Below, in pieces: positions 6,878 to 14,020 of a stretch of DNA of 20,000 nt. Position 1 is the first letter of the stretch; every line of letters begins with the position of its first letter. A model generated the notes under the pieces. The model saw only the letters and a program-made list of their open reading frames with translations. It did not search any database and was not told the origin of the DNA. Source of the DNA: an uncultured virus (IMG/VR IMGVR_UViG_3300026116_000008) (Duplodnaviria > Heunggongvirae > Uroviricota > Caudoviricetes); the IMG/VR virus record IMGVR_UViG_3300026116_000008; one strand, written 5' to 3'. Position numbers and translations under genes: made by a program.

Positions 6878-7111
6878 ATGACAAAAGCAATCATCGGCGT
6901 TGAGCAATTTCCGCGCGTGCAGTTCACAATCGAACTGGCGGAAGGTGAGACGATGCCTAGTCTGATTACGCTGCCGGACACTTCGCTGATTGTTTACGCC
7001 GGCAAATACGCGTCGCCGGGCGAACGCTATATGTACAAACGCGTTCAATCGCACATGATTTTTAGCGGTCCGGTGCGCGAGTGGAAAGAACACATCGGCC
7101 TTGAAGGCTGA
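6878..7111 (+). CDS. Hypothetical protein
   Basis: First ATG after the promoter, preceded by AAGAGA. Confidence 0.7.
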   Translation: MTKAIIGVEQFPRVQFTIELAEGETMPSLITLPDTSLIVYAGKYASPGERYMYKRVQSHMIFSGPVREWKEHIGLEG

Positions 7112-7124
7112 AGGTGGAGCAGCG

Positions 7125-7334
7125 ATGACCGCAATCTATTATGGCGTATACCGCGTAATGCCGAACGGCAAGCACACGTATGTGTCCCGTTCGGTCACAA
7201 ACAACAAAAAACTCGCCGAAGCTATCGCGGACGATCTTTCGCACGGTATCGTCATCCTGCCTACGGGCGCCACGAAGCGTGTCACACCGCATCCGCACGT
7301 ATGGTTGGACACATCTAAACGGAAAGGCGCATGA
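7125..7334 (+). CDS. Hypothetical protein
   Basis: GGAG RBS at 7116. Confidence 0.7.
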   Translation: MTAIYYGVYRVMPNGKHTYVSRSVTNNKKLAEAIADDLSHGIVILPTGATKRVTPHPHVWLDTSKRKGA

Positions 7335-7337
7335 ACC

Positions 7338-7691
7338 ATGGCCCCACTGTCTCACGCGATCGACATCGTCAAGGCCGCTGGCTATAGCGTCTATATGCGC
7401 CGCGAAGATTGTACTTGGATGATCTATTCGGACGGCAAGAACATCGGCTATTTGCAGCGAAGTTGGCGCGGTGGCTATGACATTACGACCGTGCACAAAC
7501 CGAACACGTCGAGCGGTACGAGCTTTAAAGTCCATGAGATGTTGGGCGAAAGCGAGCTTGCCGACAAACTGAAAGACGGATTTATACTCGCGCCGCTTTG
7601 GGCGCGTGAAAATTCTTCCGTACGTAAATATCGCGATATTGAGGAGTACCTCAACGCGGATGATTTCAACCGTCAATACGTCAAGGTTTGA
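7338..7691 (+). CDS. Hypothetical protein (117 aa)
   Basis: ORF in the packed + strand array. Confidence 0.7.
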   Translation: MAPLSHAIDIVKAAGYSVYMRREDCTWMIYSDGKNIGYLQRSWRGGYDITTVHKPNTSSGTSFKVHEMLGESELADKLKDGFILAPLWARENSSVRKYRDIEEYLNADDFNRQYVKV

Positions 7692-8038
7692 ACCTGCTAC
7701 AGAGCGCCCAGATGTACTACACCCTTGAAGGCAAGACGCCCGTGCCGTGCCATGACGTTGCCGCGTGGGCGCGTTGGTTCGAAGCCACCCGCAAAGGCGA
7801 CGGGCGCCGTGTTGCTTACGGCAACGTCGGCCCCGGCGTGTCAGTCAGCACGGTTTTCCTTGGCCTCGACCATGCTTTCGGGAGCGGTCCGCCGCTGCTG
7901 TTCGAAACCATGATCTTCGCACCCGATGAAGTGTATTGCGAACGTTGCAGCACATGGGAGCAGGCCGAAGCGCAGCACAAAAAGGCATATGAGTTTGCCG
8001 CGCGTTCGTACGCTGCTGTCCCGGAGGCTTTTCGATGA
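7688..8038 (+). CDS. Conserved phage hypothetical protein
   Basis: Motif VSTVFLGLDH...PLLFETMIF, recalled as common in phage early regions; 4-nt overlaps at both ends. Confidence 0.75.
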   Translation: MNLLQSAQMYYTLEGKTPVPCHDVAAWARWFEATRKGDGRRVAYGNVGPGVSVSTVFLGLDHAFGSGPPLLFETMIFAPDEVYCERCSTWEQAEAQHKKAYEFAARSYAAVPEAFR

Positions 8039-8250
8039 AACGCAAAATCGCAACACCGGATCAAGCCCGCCAGATTTTGTTCCGTTGCGGCGCCGACACT
8101 GGCGAAGATTTCGCCGCCCTGCCGTCGCGCACTGTTCAGCAATTGCTCGAATGGGCGGACGTTTGTCGGTATCGCGCACCAAAGAACGCCAATGGTTCGC
8201 GGGGCCGTTATTTCTTTGCTTATCTACAACGTCTGGCTAACAGGCATTGA
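8035..8250 (+). CDS. Hypothetical protein (71 aa)
   Basis: GGAGG RBS and ATGA coupling. Confidence 0.75.
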   Translation: MKRKIATPDQARQILFRCGADTGEDFAALPSRTVQQLLEWADVCRYRAPKNANGSRGRYFFAYLQRLANRH

Positions 8251-8251
8251 C

Positions 8252-8434
8252 ATGAAACACGGTCCTTACCCACGCCGCGGCATCATCGAGAAGCGGGCCA
8301 AACCGCAGCCAACCGAAGAGAGCATGCCGAAACCAAAAAAGACGGCAGGTCCGCAGCATCTCTATTCGAAGCGATCGGTGCGCAAGGCGAAATCCCTTGT
8401 CACGCTGCCGTCGCTGCCATGGGGGAAGTCATGA
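8252..8434 (+). CDS. Small basic hypothetical protein
   Basis: ATG 1 nt after the upstream stop; Lys/Arg-rich. Confidence 0.55.
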   Translation: MKHGPYPRRGIIEKRAKPQPTEESMPKPKKTAGPQHLYSKRSVRKAKSLVTLPSLPWGKS

Positions 8435-8658
8435 TGACACCGAAAGCTGTATTGGTCCGCAAGGCGCTTGAAGATTACGATTACCGTGAAGCGCTACGGA
8501 TCATAGACGCAGCGGTTAGCCTTTGCGTTTTAGCAGACACCGCACCAGACAACGCGATCAAAGCCGCCGAAGATTACGTGTCTGGAATGTCGCATACGAC
8601 GCCCGAAGAACGAAAGTTTTTGGACGCCGTCATTGCATTGCTTCGTGTAGGGCGCTGA
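8431..8658 (+). CDS. Hypothetical protein
   Basis: ATGA coupling with a purine-rich RBS. Confidence 0.65.
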   Translation: MMTPKAVLVRKALEDYDYREALRIIDAAVSLCVLADTAPDNAIKAAEDYVSGMSHTTPEERKFLDAVIALLRVGR

Positions 8659-8660
8659 CC

Positions 8661-8912
8661 ATGCCGCTTTACACACATGACTGCGACAAATGCCGCTTTC
8701 TGGGCATCGACGTCCGTCGACACGGTGAGCCGCAATGCAATGGCGTGGACATGTATGTCTGCGAAAGTGTTCTAGGGCGCCCTCTGTTGCTGCGCCGCTA
8801 TTCGTCCGAAGGGCCGAACTACGGCTGTCTTGATGTCGAATATATCCATTACGACAACGAGCGTTATGGCCACATGATCCAGCATGCGAGAGAATTGAAA
8901 TGGATTTCATGA
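8661..8912 (+). CDS. Hypothetical protein with HDCxxC motif
   Basis: MPLYTHDCDKCRFLG...; ATG directly after the upstream stop. Confidence 0.65.
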   Translation: MPLYTHDCDKCRFLGIDVRRHGEPQCNGVDMYVCESVLGRPLLLRRYSSEGPNYGCLDVEYIHYDNERYGHMIQHARELKWIS

Positions 8913-8992
8913 GCCTGCGGGCGTTCGATTTTGCCACATACTCGATCCTCGCGGTCTGTGGCGTGTCTGTTATCGCAATGGTGCTGCTATGA
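8909..8992 (+). CDS. Membrane micropeptide (27 aa)
   Basis: ATGA overlap at both ends fills the gap exactly. MSLRAFDFATYSILAVCGVSVIAMVLL. Confidence 0.5.
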   Translation: MSLRAFDFATYSILAVCGVSVIAMVLL

Positions 8993-9234
8993 GACAAATA
9001 GGTCTGGAGCAAGTGAAGTGTTTCGAGGCTGTCGATGGCTGGGGAACAATACTCAGCTATGACGCAATGCCGTCTCCCGTTCGCGAGCGATTGCGCAATT
9101 CACCGTTTAACCTGTGCGCGACTTGCGTGTGCGACGGCGCGTGGAAACGCAGCGACAGAAACTTACCGACACTTAACGCCTACATGTCCACAATAGTGGA
9201 CATGGAAAATCAAATTCGTTGTGAGGAGGTCTGA
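8989..9234 (+). CDS. Hypothetical protein (81 aa)
   Basis: ORF in the array with a CxxC motif. Confidence 0.65.
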   Translation: MRQIGLEQVKCFEAVDGWGTILSYDAMPSPVRERLRNSPFNLCATCVCDGAWKRSDRNLPTLNAYMSTIVDMENQIRCEEV

Positions 9235-9235
9235 A

Positions 9236-9358
9236 ATGGACATGGTCGATAAAGTACGTGAAGAACTTCGCGCGCGGCAAATCAGACGCCACGCGTTCCT
9301 CGCCTGTTTCGTGTTCTGGGCGCTGGTGGCCGTCGTGGTGCGCGCCTATGTCGGATGA
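9236..9358 (+). CDS. Small membrane protein (40 aa)
   Basis: Strong GAGGAGG RBS. MDMVDKVREELRARQIRRHAFLACFVFWALVAVVVRAYVG. Confidence 0.65.
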   Translation: MDMVDKVREELRARQIRRHAFLACFVFWALVAVVVRAYVG

Positions 9359-9635
9359 CAGCAACGGCAAGGCGCCCGAGCCGAAAACAAGCGCGCACGA
9401 GAACCACAACGTCCTCGCGGACGAAATCGTCCGTACGATCACCATCGGCACCGCCAAGGGCGGCGGCAAGTGGCTGGACATGCTGGTGCTGCTCGAAACA
9501 GTGGTGTTCGGCACTGTCGTGATCGTCCGCGAACTGCAAAAGACAAAAGACGGCGCCACGATCATCGACGCCGTCTGTGCAGGGGCCAAAAAACGACTTG
9601 CAAAATACGACAGGTCAAAGATTATCCGACCATAA
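9348..9635 (+). CDS. Hypothetical protein
   Basis: Start moved to ATG 9348 (MSDDSNGK...). Confidence 0.6.
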   Translation: MSDDSNGKAPEPKTSAHENHNVLADEIVRTITIGTAKGGGKWLDMLVLLETVVFGTVVIVRELQKTKDGATIIDAVCAGAKKRLAKYDRSKIIRP

Positions 9636-9682
9636 GAAGCGCTATGGGGGCCACTCTGCCGAACACAGAACCCCATGACTTA

Positions 9683-9743
9683 GACGGCGAGAGGTGCGTT
9701 CCGCACGGCCCATGAGGGCTCCCACTCTCGCCGTTTTATTTTT
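9683..9743 (+). terminator. Branched terminator-like structure
   Basis: GACGGCGAGAG / CTCTCGCCGTT stem enclosing two small hairpins, followed by a T-rich run. Confidence 0.6.
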
Positions 9744-9753
9744 ATAGCACGTA

Positions 9754-9781
9754 TTGACACACGCACATTGTTTGCTATTCT
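9754..9781 (+). promoter_or_regulatory. sigma70 promoter
   Basis: TTGACA-16 bp-TATTCT with an extended -10 TG. TAGCAC half-operator at 9745. Confidence 0.7.
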
Positions 9782-9805
9782 GAGGCGGCGCAATGGGAGC
9801 TACAC

Positions 9806-10096
9806 ATGCGAATTCACCCAATCGACAATCCGAAGTTCGACCCCGGAAACGTCTACGCGACGCCGGCTGTTGTCACGGCACTGAGCGAGGACTACGCGCT
9901 CTCGTGCCTCACGCTGCACATCACTGGCCAGTGGGGCACGGTTGACGACCAAGACAAGGCCGCCAACGACCGTGCGCTCGTCAACGGTGGTCGCGTCCTC
10001 AGTGTCTACCCGCTGGAGAACGCGCCCGGTGATTTCTGGATCATCACCGAGGCGGATCGTTCGAGCACCACGATGCTCCTGCCATCTGAATACTGA
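9806..10096 (+). CDS. Conserved mobile-element protein ('plasmid-related' family of unknown function)
   Basis: Motifs 'H..G.WG....D...N..A...G.R..S.Y' and 'WIITEADRSSTTMLLPSEY'. Confidence 0.75.
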   Translation: MRIHPIDNPKFDPGNVYATPAVVTALSEDYALSCLTLHITGQWGTVDDQDKAANDRALVNGGRVLSVYPLENAPGDFWIITEADRSSTTMLLPSEY

Positions 10097-10187
10097 GAGG
10101 CTCCAAGACGTTTTCACGCCGGGCGGGGTGCAAACCTCTACCCGGCTTGAAGGCGTGCTAACACCCAAAATCAATGGAGCAAAAAAC

Positions 10188-11150
10188 GTGTCTCATTTCT
10201 CTGTACTGGTCATCACTGACCGGGAACCAACCAACTATCTTCTGACCAAAATTCTCCAGCCATGGCACGAGTACGAGTGCACCGGCAAAGAAGACCAGTA
10301 CGTTATCGACGTCGACGTGACCGAGGACTGCGAGAAAACATTCAACAAGCCGCAGAAGGTCGTCCAGCTTGAAGACGGGTCCATCCACGACTATTACGAC
10401 GAGCAGTTCTGGAAACCAGAGAACGACGACAAGTTCGCACCGAAGGCGTTCTCCCTGCCGTTCGGCGGGCGACTGATCGAGGACATGCCGGCGGACGAAG
10501 CCCGCAAGCACGGCATCGGCTACAAAGACATGGAAGACTGCGTCGAAAGCGAGTGGGGCGGCTTCATCCGTGACGGACGCTGCTACCGCAAGACCAACCC
10601 CAACAAAAAGTGGGACTGGTGGGTCGTCGGTGGTCGGTGGTCGGGCATGCTTGAGCCCTACGGCGATAGCGTTCGCCTAGGCGACATGGATATCCCGGCG
10701 ATGCAGGACGCCGAGGTCGCGGTGAAGCTGCCGGAATACGATGCGTTTCAGGCGATCGTCGCTGGTCGTCCCGCGCCGGACTGGGACACGGTCCGCGAAG
10801 AAACGGTTGCTGCCGGCGGCACGATCGAGCAGGCCCGCGAGAAATACTGGAACGACCCGGTCATCTTGGACCTGAAGGCGGCGCCTCTCTTCAAAGAGCG
10901 GTGGGATTTGAACCGCGCCGTCAAGCAGATGAACTGCACCCGCGAGAAGTTCATCGAACGCACCCGCAAGCAGACGCTGCAATCGTTCGCTGTCGTCAAA
11001 GACGGCAAGTGGTACGAGCGCGGCGACATGGGCTGGTGGGGCGTCGTTATCGATGAAAAAGATATCGACACATGGGACGACGAGTTCACCAAGATGATCG
11101 AGAGCCTGCCGCCCGATACGTGGCTCACGGTCGTTGACTGCCACATCTAA
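10188..11150 (+). CDS. Conserved phage hypothetical protein (Trp-rich)
   Basis: GTG start after the GGAGCA RBS at 10176. Motifs SHFSVLV, NPNKKWDWWVVGGRW, MGWWG and C-terminal VVDCHI. Confidence 0.8.
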   Translation: MSHFSVLVITDREPTNYLLTKILQPWHEYECTGKEDQYVIDVDVTEDCEKTFNKPQKVVQLEDGSIHDYYDEQFWKPENDDKFAPKAFSLPFGGRLIEDMPADEARKHGIGYKDMEDCVESEWGGFIRDGRCYRKTNPNKKWDWWVVGGRWSGMLEPYGDSVRLGDMDIPAMQDAEVAVKLPEYDAFQAIVAGRPAPDWDTVREETVAAGGTIEQAREKYWNDPVILDLKAAPLFKERWDLNRAVKQMNCTREKFIERTRKQTLQSFAVVKDGKWYERGDMGWWGVVIDEKDIDTWDDEFTKMIESLPPDTWLTVVDCHI

Positions 11151-11161
11151 AGAACCCGAAG

Positions 11162-11428
11162 ATGAAAATTCTAGGCATCGGCGCCATCGTCTATCTGCGA
11201 TCCGGGTCACCGCGTATGACAGTGACCCGGCTCTATGAAAAGACGGAAGAGACAACGGGCGTCGTGGTCCGCATGGCCGAAGTGTCCATGATGGTCTACG
11301 GCACCCAAGAGGTGGTCCGCGAGTGTTTCCCGGTCGAGGCACTCAGCATCCGCAATTCACCAGAGACCGAGGGCGACGATTATGTTGTCCCTTGGAAACG
11401 CGAACCCGACAAGGACGACACCAAATGA
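11162..11428 (+). CDS. YodC/DUF2158-like protein
   Basis: Motif G.IV.LRSGSP.MTV...F..EAL. Confidence 0.65.
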   Translation: MKILGIGAIVYLRSGSPRMTVTRLYEKTEETTGVVVRMAEVSMMVYGTQEVVRECFPVEALSIRNSPETEGDDYVVPWKREPDKDDTK

Positions 11429-11661
11429 ACGTCGAAGAAAAAGAGAAACAGATGGAGGCTGCCAAGACCAGCGCCTTCAACCAGTTCATGGCGCATGCCA
11501 TGACCCGCATGGGCATGGCGATGATCCCGGCGCCTGATCCGGAACAGAAAGAGGTGTTGCAGCATCTGCTTAAAGCCGCGTTCGACGCCGGCTGGAACGG
11601 TGGTGCCGGGCACATCGCGCTCGACGTCGTCAAGATCATGATGACGAAAAAGGACAGGTAA
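11425..11661 (+). CDS. Hypothetical protein
   Basis: AAGGA RBS and ATGA coupling. Confidence 0.7.
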   Translation: MNVEEKEKQMEAAKTSAFNQFMAHAMTRMGMAMIPAPDPEQKEVLQHLLKAAFDAGWNGGAGHIALDVVKIMMTKKDR

Positions 11662-11699
11662 CAGGCTTTGCGCCCCATTGGGCCTGTTACCTTGAGGGG

Positions 11700-11741
11700 C
11701 CCCGCGGCGAGGTTAACTCCTCCCGCGGGGTTTGTCTTTTT
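11700..11741 (+). terminator. Rho-independent terminator
   Basis: CCCCGCGG...CCGCGGGG stem followed by TTTGTCTTTTT. Confidence 0.7.
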
Positions 11742-11763
11742 AGGTCTTTATCACATTTCGTGC

Positions 11764-11792
11764 TTGACGAATTCCGTTACAACTACCATCTT
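11764..11792 (+). promoter_or_regulatory. Putative promoter
   Basis: TTGACG-17 bp-CATCTT, after the terminator. Confidence 0.5.
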
Positions 11793-11824
11793 GAGTTCGC
11801 TGCATTTTTACCAAGGAAACTAAA

Positions 11825-12070
11825 ATGGCGCGTATGACTGGGGCCCAGTACAAGAAAGCGTTAGCCGTGTTCGGCATGACGCAGGGCCAAGCGTCGTGGT
11901 TGTTCGCCGGCAAGACCAAAACATCGGGCCGGCGATGGGCTGCCGAGGGAGCGCCGTACTATGTCGCTTTGCTTCTGTCCATCATGGCCACGTACGATCT
12001 GAAGCCTGAAGACATCGAAGCGTTGGGGAAAGAGTGGCGACCTACGGATAAAAAGCGACAGCGGAAATAA
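11825..12070 (+). CDS. Cro/XRE-like HTH regulator
   Basis: MTGAQYKKALAVFGMTQGQASWLF...SGRRW..EGAP matches a Cro-like HTH pattern; AAGGA RBS. Confidence 0.65.
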   Translation: MARMTGAQYKKALAVFGMTQGQASWLFAGKTKTSGRRWAAEGAPYYVALLLSIMATYDLKPEDIEALGKEWRPTDKKRQRK

Positions 12071-12074
12071 AACC

Positions 12075-12323
12075 ATGAACAAAGACCCCACGAGCGAAGA
12101 CATGATCCTTCTGCGGCTGAAGTACAAGAGCGCGGCGAAGTCGTGCTTTGTCGGCATGCTGCTCAAAGAAGTCTTCTCGTGGGAGGACGATTTTGGGGAG
12201 GTTCTCCCGCATGACGGCTTCGAGATGAAGTTCGTTGCGCTCGAAGGCTACGACCCTGACGACGTCAAGGAAGCATGGCGTATTTACCAACAATACAGGA
12301 CAGAACTCGATGCCCAGAAGTAA
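12075..12323 (+). CDS. Hypothetical protein (82 aa)
   Basis: ORF in the array. Confidence 0.7.
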   Translation: MNKDPTSEDMILLRLKYKSAAKSCFVGMLLKEVFSWEDDFGEVLPHDGFEMKFVALEGYDPDDVKEAWRIYQQYRTELDAQK

Positions 12324-12528
12324 AAATTTCTATATCGTCACCGACATGGATTGTAACCCAGCGATGAACGACGCGGGCCAGAACATGGAATTCACGACTG
12401 AAAAGGCCGCGCTGAAGGTCGCCAAAGAGCGTTTGAAAGGCTCTCCCGACGACGAAGTGTTGGTGTGGAAACTTTCCGTTGTCGTCGGTCGCCCCGACGT
12501 GGAGCCTGTCGTCACAAGGTACAAGTAA
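12310..12528 (+). CDS. Hypothetical protein
   Basis: Start moved to ATG 12310 (AGGA RBS). Confidence 0.65.
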   Translation: MPRSKNFYIVTDMDCNPAMNDAGQNMEFTTEKAALKVAKERLKGSPDDEVLVWKLSVVVGRPDVEPVVTRYK

Positions 12529-12571
12529 TTTTTTACGAGTTCACGCTGAAGTGTAATAGCTATCAGCCAAT

Positions 12572-12599
12572 GCGGGTTCGATCCCCGCCGGGGGCACCA
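12572..12599 (+). pseudogene. tRNA 3'-half remnant (T-arm, acceptor 3' strand, CCA)
   Basis: GCGGG-TTCGATC-CCCGC-CGGGGGC-A-CCA, with no matching 5' acceptor strand or D-arm at the normal distance. Confidence 0.65.
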
Positions 12600-12617
12600 A
12601 CCAATCTTCGAGGCAGC

Positions 12618-12893
12618 ATGAACATCACGGTCTGGAAAACGCCGCTCAAGATAGACCACCTGCAGACGATCGAGGTCCCGGAAGGCGCAGAGTTTCTCTG
12701 CGCTGCCGCCCAAGACGGCACTCCAACACTCTGGTACACATGCAATCCCGCGCACAAACGCGAGTTTCGCACGATCATGATGGTCGGCACGGGGCACGTC
12801 ATGATGGACGAGGGCAAATACATCGGGACCGTCTTCCTCAACAACGGCACGCTCGTCTTCCACATTTTCGAAGTACCAAAAGAGGAGGAATAA
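12618..12893 (+). CDS. Conserved phage hypothetical protein
   Basis: Start at ATG 12618 (GAGG RBS). Motifs 'VWK.PL', 'GTGH', 'YIGTV' and 'LVFHIFE'. Confidence 0.75.
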   Translation: MNITVWKTPLKIDHLQTIEVPEGAEFLCAAAQDGTPTLWYTCNPAHKREFRTIMMVGTGHVMMDEGKYIGTVFLNNGTLVFHIFEVPKEEE

Positions 12894-12894
12894 G

Positions 12895-13218
12895 GTGGAC
12901 CTGACTGAACTGCGCGTCGCCAATATCACTCGCCAACTGGAGTGGGACCCGACCAACCAGATTTCGTTGTCCTATCGCGGCAACGAACTTGCCGGCGAGG
13001 TGGGCGAAGCCTGCAACGTCATCAAGAAAATCGACCGCGAGCGCATGGGTATCCGCGGATCACGCGCCACGCCCGGACAGCTTGCCGAAGAACTGGCCGA
13101 TGCGATCATCTGCATCGACCTGATCGCCGCTGCCGAAGGCATCGACTTGTCCACTGCGCTCCGCAACAAGTTCAACGCGACGTCGGAAAAGTACGGACTG
13201 AAAACCCGGATCGCATAA
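12895..13218 (+). CDS. MazG-like nucleotide pyrophosphohydrolase
   Basis: ELAGEVGEACNVIKK...EELADAII...KFN matches the ExxE...ExxD MazG pattern. Confidence 0.85.
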   Translation: MDLTELRVANITRQLEWDPTNQISLSYRGNELAGEVGEACNVIKKIDRERMGIRGSRATPGQLAEELADAIICIDLIAAAEGIDLSTALRNKFNATSEKYGLKTRIA

Positions 13219-13340
13219 AAATGACCGTATGGGCCTGTGGCTGGAGCGAGAAAAACCGACGCTGTATCCGTCTCGCGTGCCACACCGCAGGCCCATGCGC
13301 AGGCTTCGACGACCACAAACCAAAAAAGGACCAACACCCC

Positions 13341-13754
13341 ATGGCGAACAACGGCACCACCCCCAAGCCACCGAACCCTTTCCAGCAGGCGATCGACGAA
13401 TTCAAAGACACCAAAGACGCCTTGGAGCAAACCAAGAACGAACTGCGGCTGACTGTCCTCCAGCGTGACGATCTGGCCAAGCAACTGGAGGAGATGAACG
13501 GTAAATTCGAGGCTTACAAGACCCTCTACGACACGGAAGTAAGGAACCTTCGTGGCGAGCGGGACTTTTTACAAGCCTACGCCCAGACCCTCCGCACCCG
13601 CATGTCCATCATAAACGAGATCGTTCAGGTTGCCATGAACGACGCGGAGATATATGCAACGAAGGTTGTGAGGGGGCAGGACGTCGAAACTGACGACGAA
13701 GTCGTGCAGTCAATCAAAGATCACTGGGAGCGCGAGAAACGCACCCAGAAGTAG
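13341..13754 (+). CDS. Coiled-coil hypothetical protein
   Basis: AAGGA RBS before ATG 13341 (alternative in-frame ATG at 13221); heptad-like charged helix. Confidence 0.65.
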   Translation: MANNGTTPKPPNPFQQAIDEFKDTKDALEQTKNELRLTVLQRDDLAKQLEEMNGKFEAYKTLYDTEVRNLRGERDFLQAYAQTLRTRMSIINEIVQVAMNDAEIYATKVVRGQDVETDDEVVQSIKDHWEREKRTQK

Positions 13755-13765
13755 GAGACAGTATC

Positions 13766-14020
13766 ATGTACACGCAGTACAAAACCCCGAAGCAACTTGC
13801 GACTTTGAAGGCCCGCAGTCGCATCCTCTCCGAGGCGCATCGCAAGGGCTACGTGACAAACGAGAAGGCCAAACGGATCGGCAACTGGGAGCAGGCTTGG
13901 TACCACCTGTCTCAAATGGCCGAGGCCGGGCTTCTGAAGCAGGCAGGGTATAACCGATGGATTTGCGCGAAGCCCGGAAAGCGCTGGTACAAGCAAGCCC
14001 GGAAAGTGCTGGAAAACTAA
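13766..14020 (+). CDS. Basic hypothetical protein, possible winged helix
   Basis: AGGAG RBS; 'AWYHLSQMAEAGLLKQAG..RW' resembles a wHTH. Confidence 0.6.
   Translation: MYTQYKTPKQLATLKARSRILSEAHRKGYVTNEKAKRIGNWEQAWYHLSQMAEAGLLKQAGYNRWICAKPGKRWYKQARKVLEN

Noticed and set aside
9942..10187. N-terminal extension of the 402-aa ORF
   Set aside because: Overlaps gene 9806-10096 and the intergenic hairpin; the RBS supports GTG 10188
12490..12599. Complete tRNA using GCCCCG at about 12491 as the 5' acceptor strand
   Set aside because: Pairing is imperfect, the site lies inside a CDS, the span is too long, and there is no D-arm or anticodon arm
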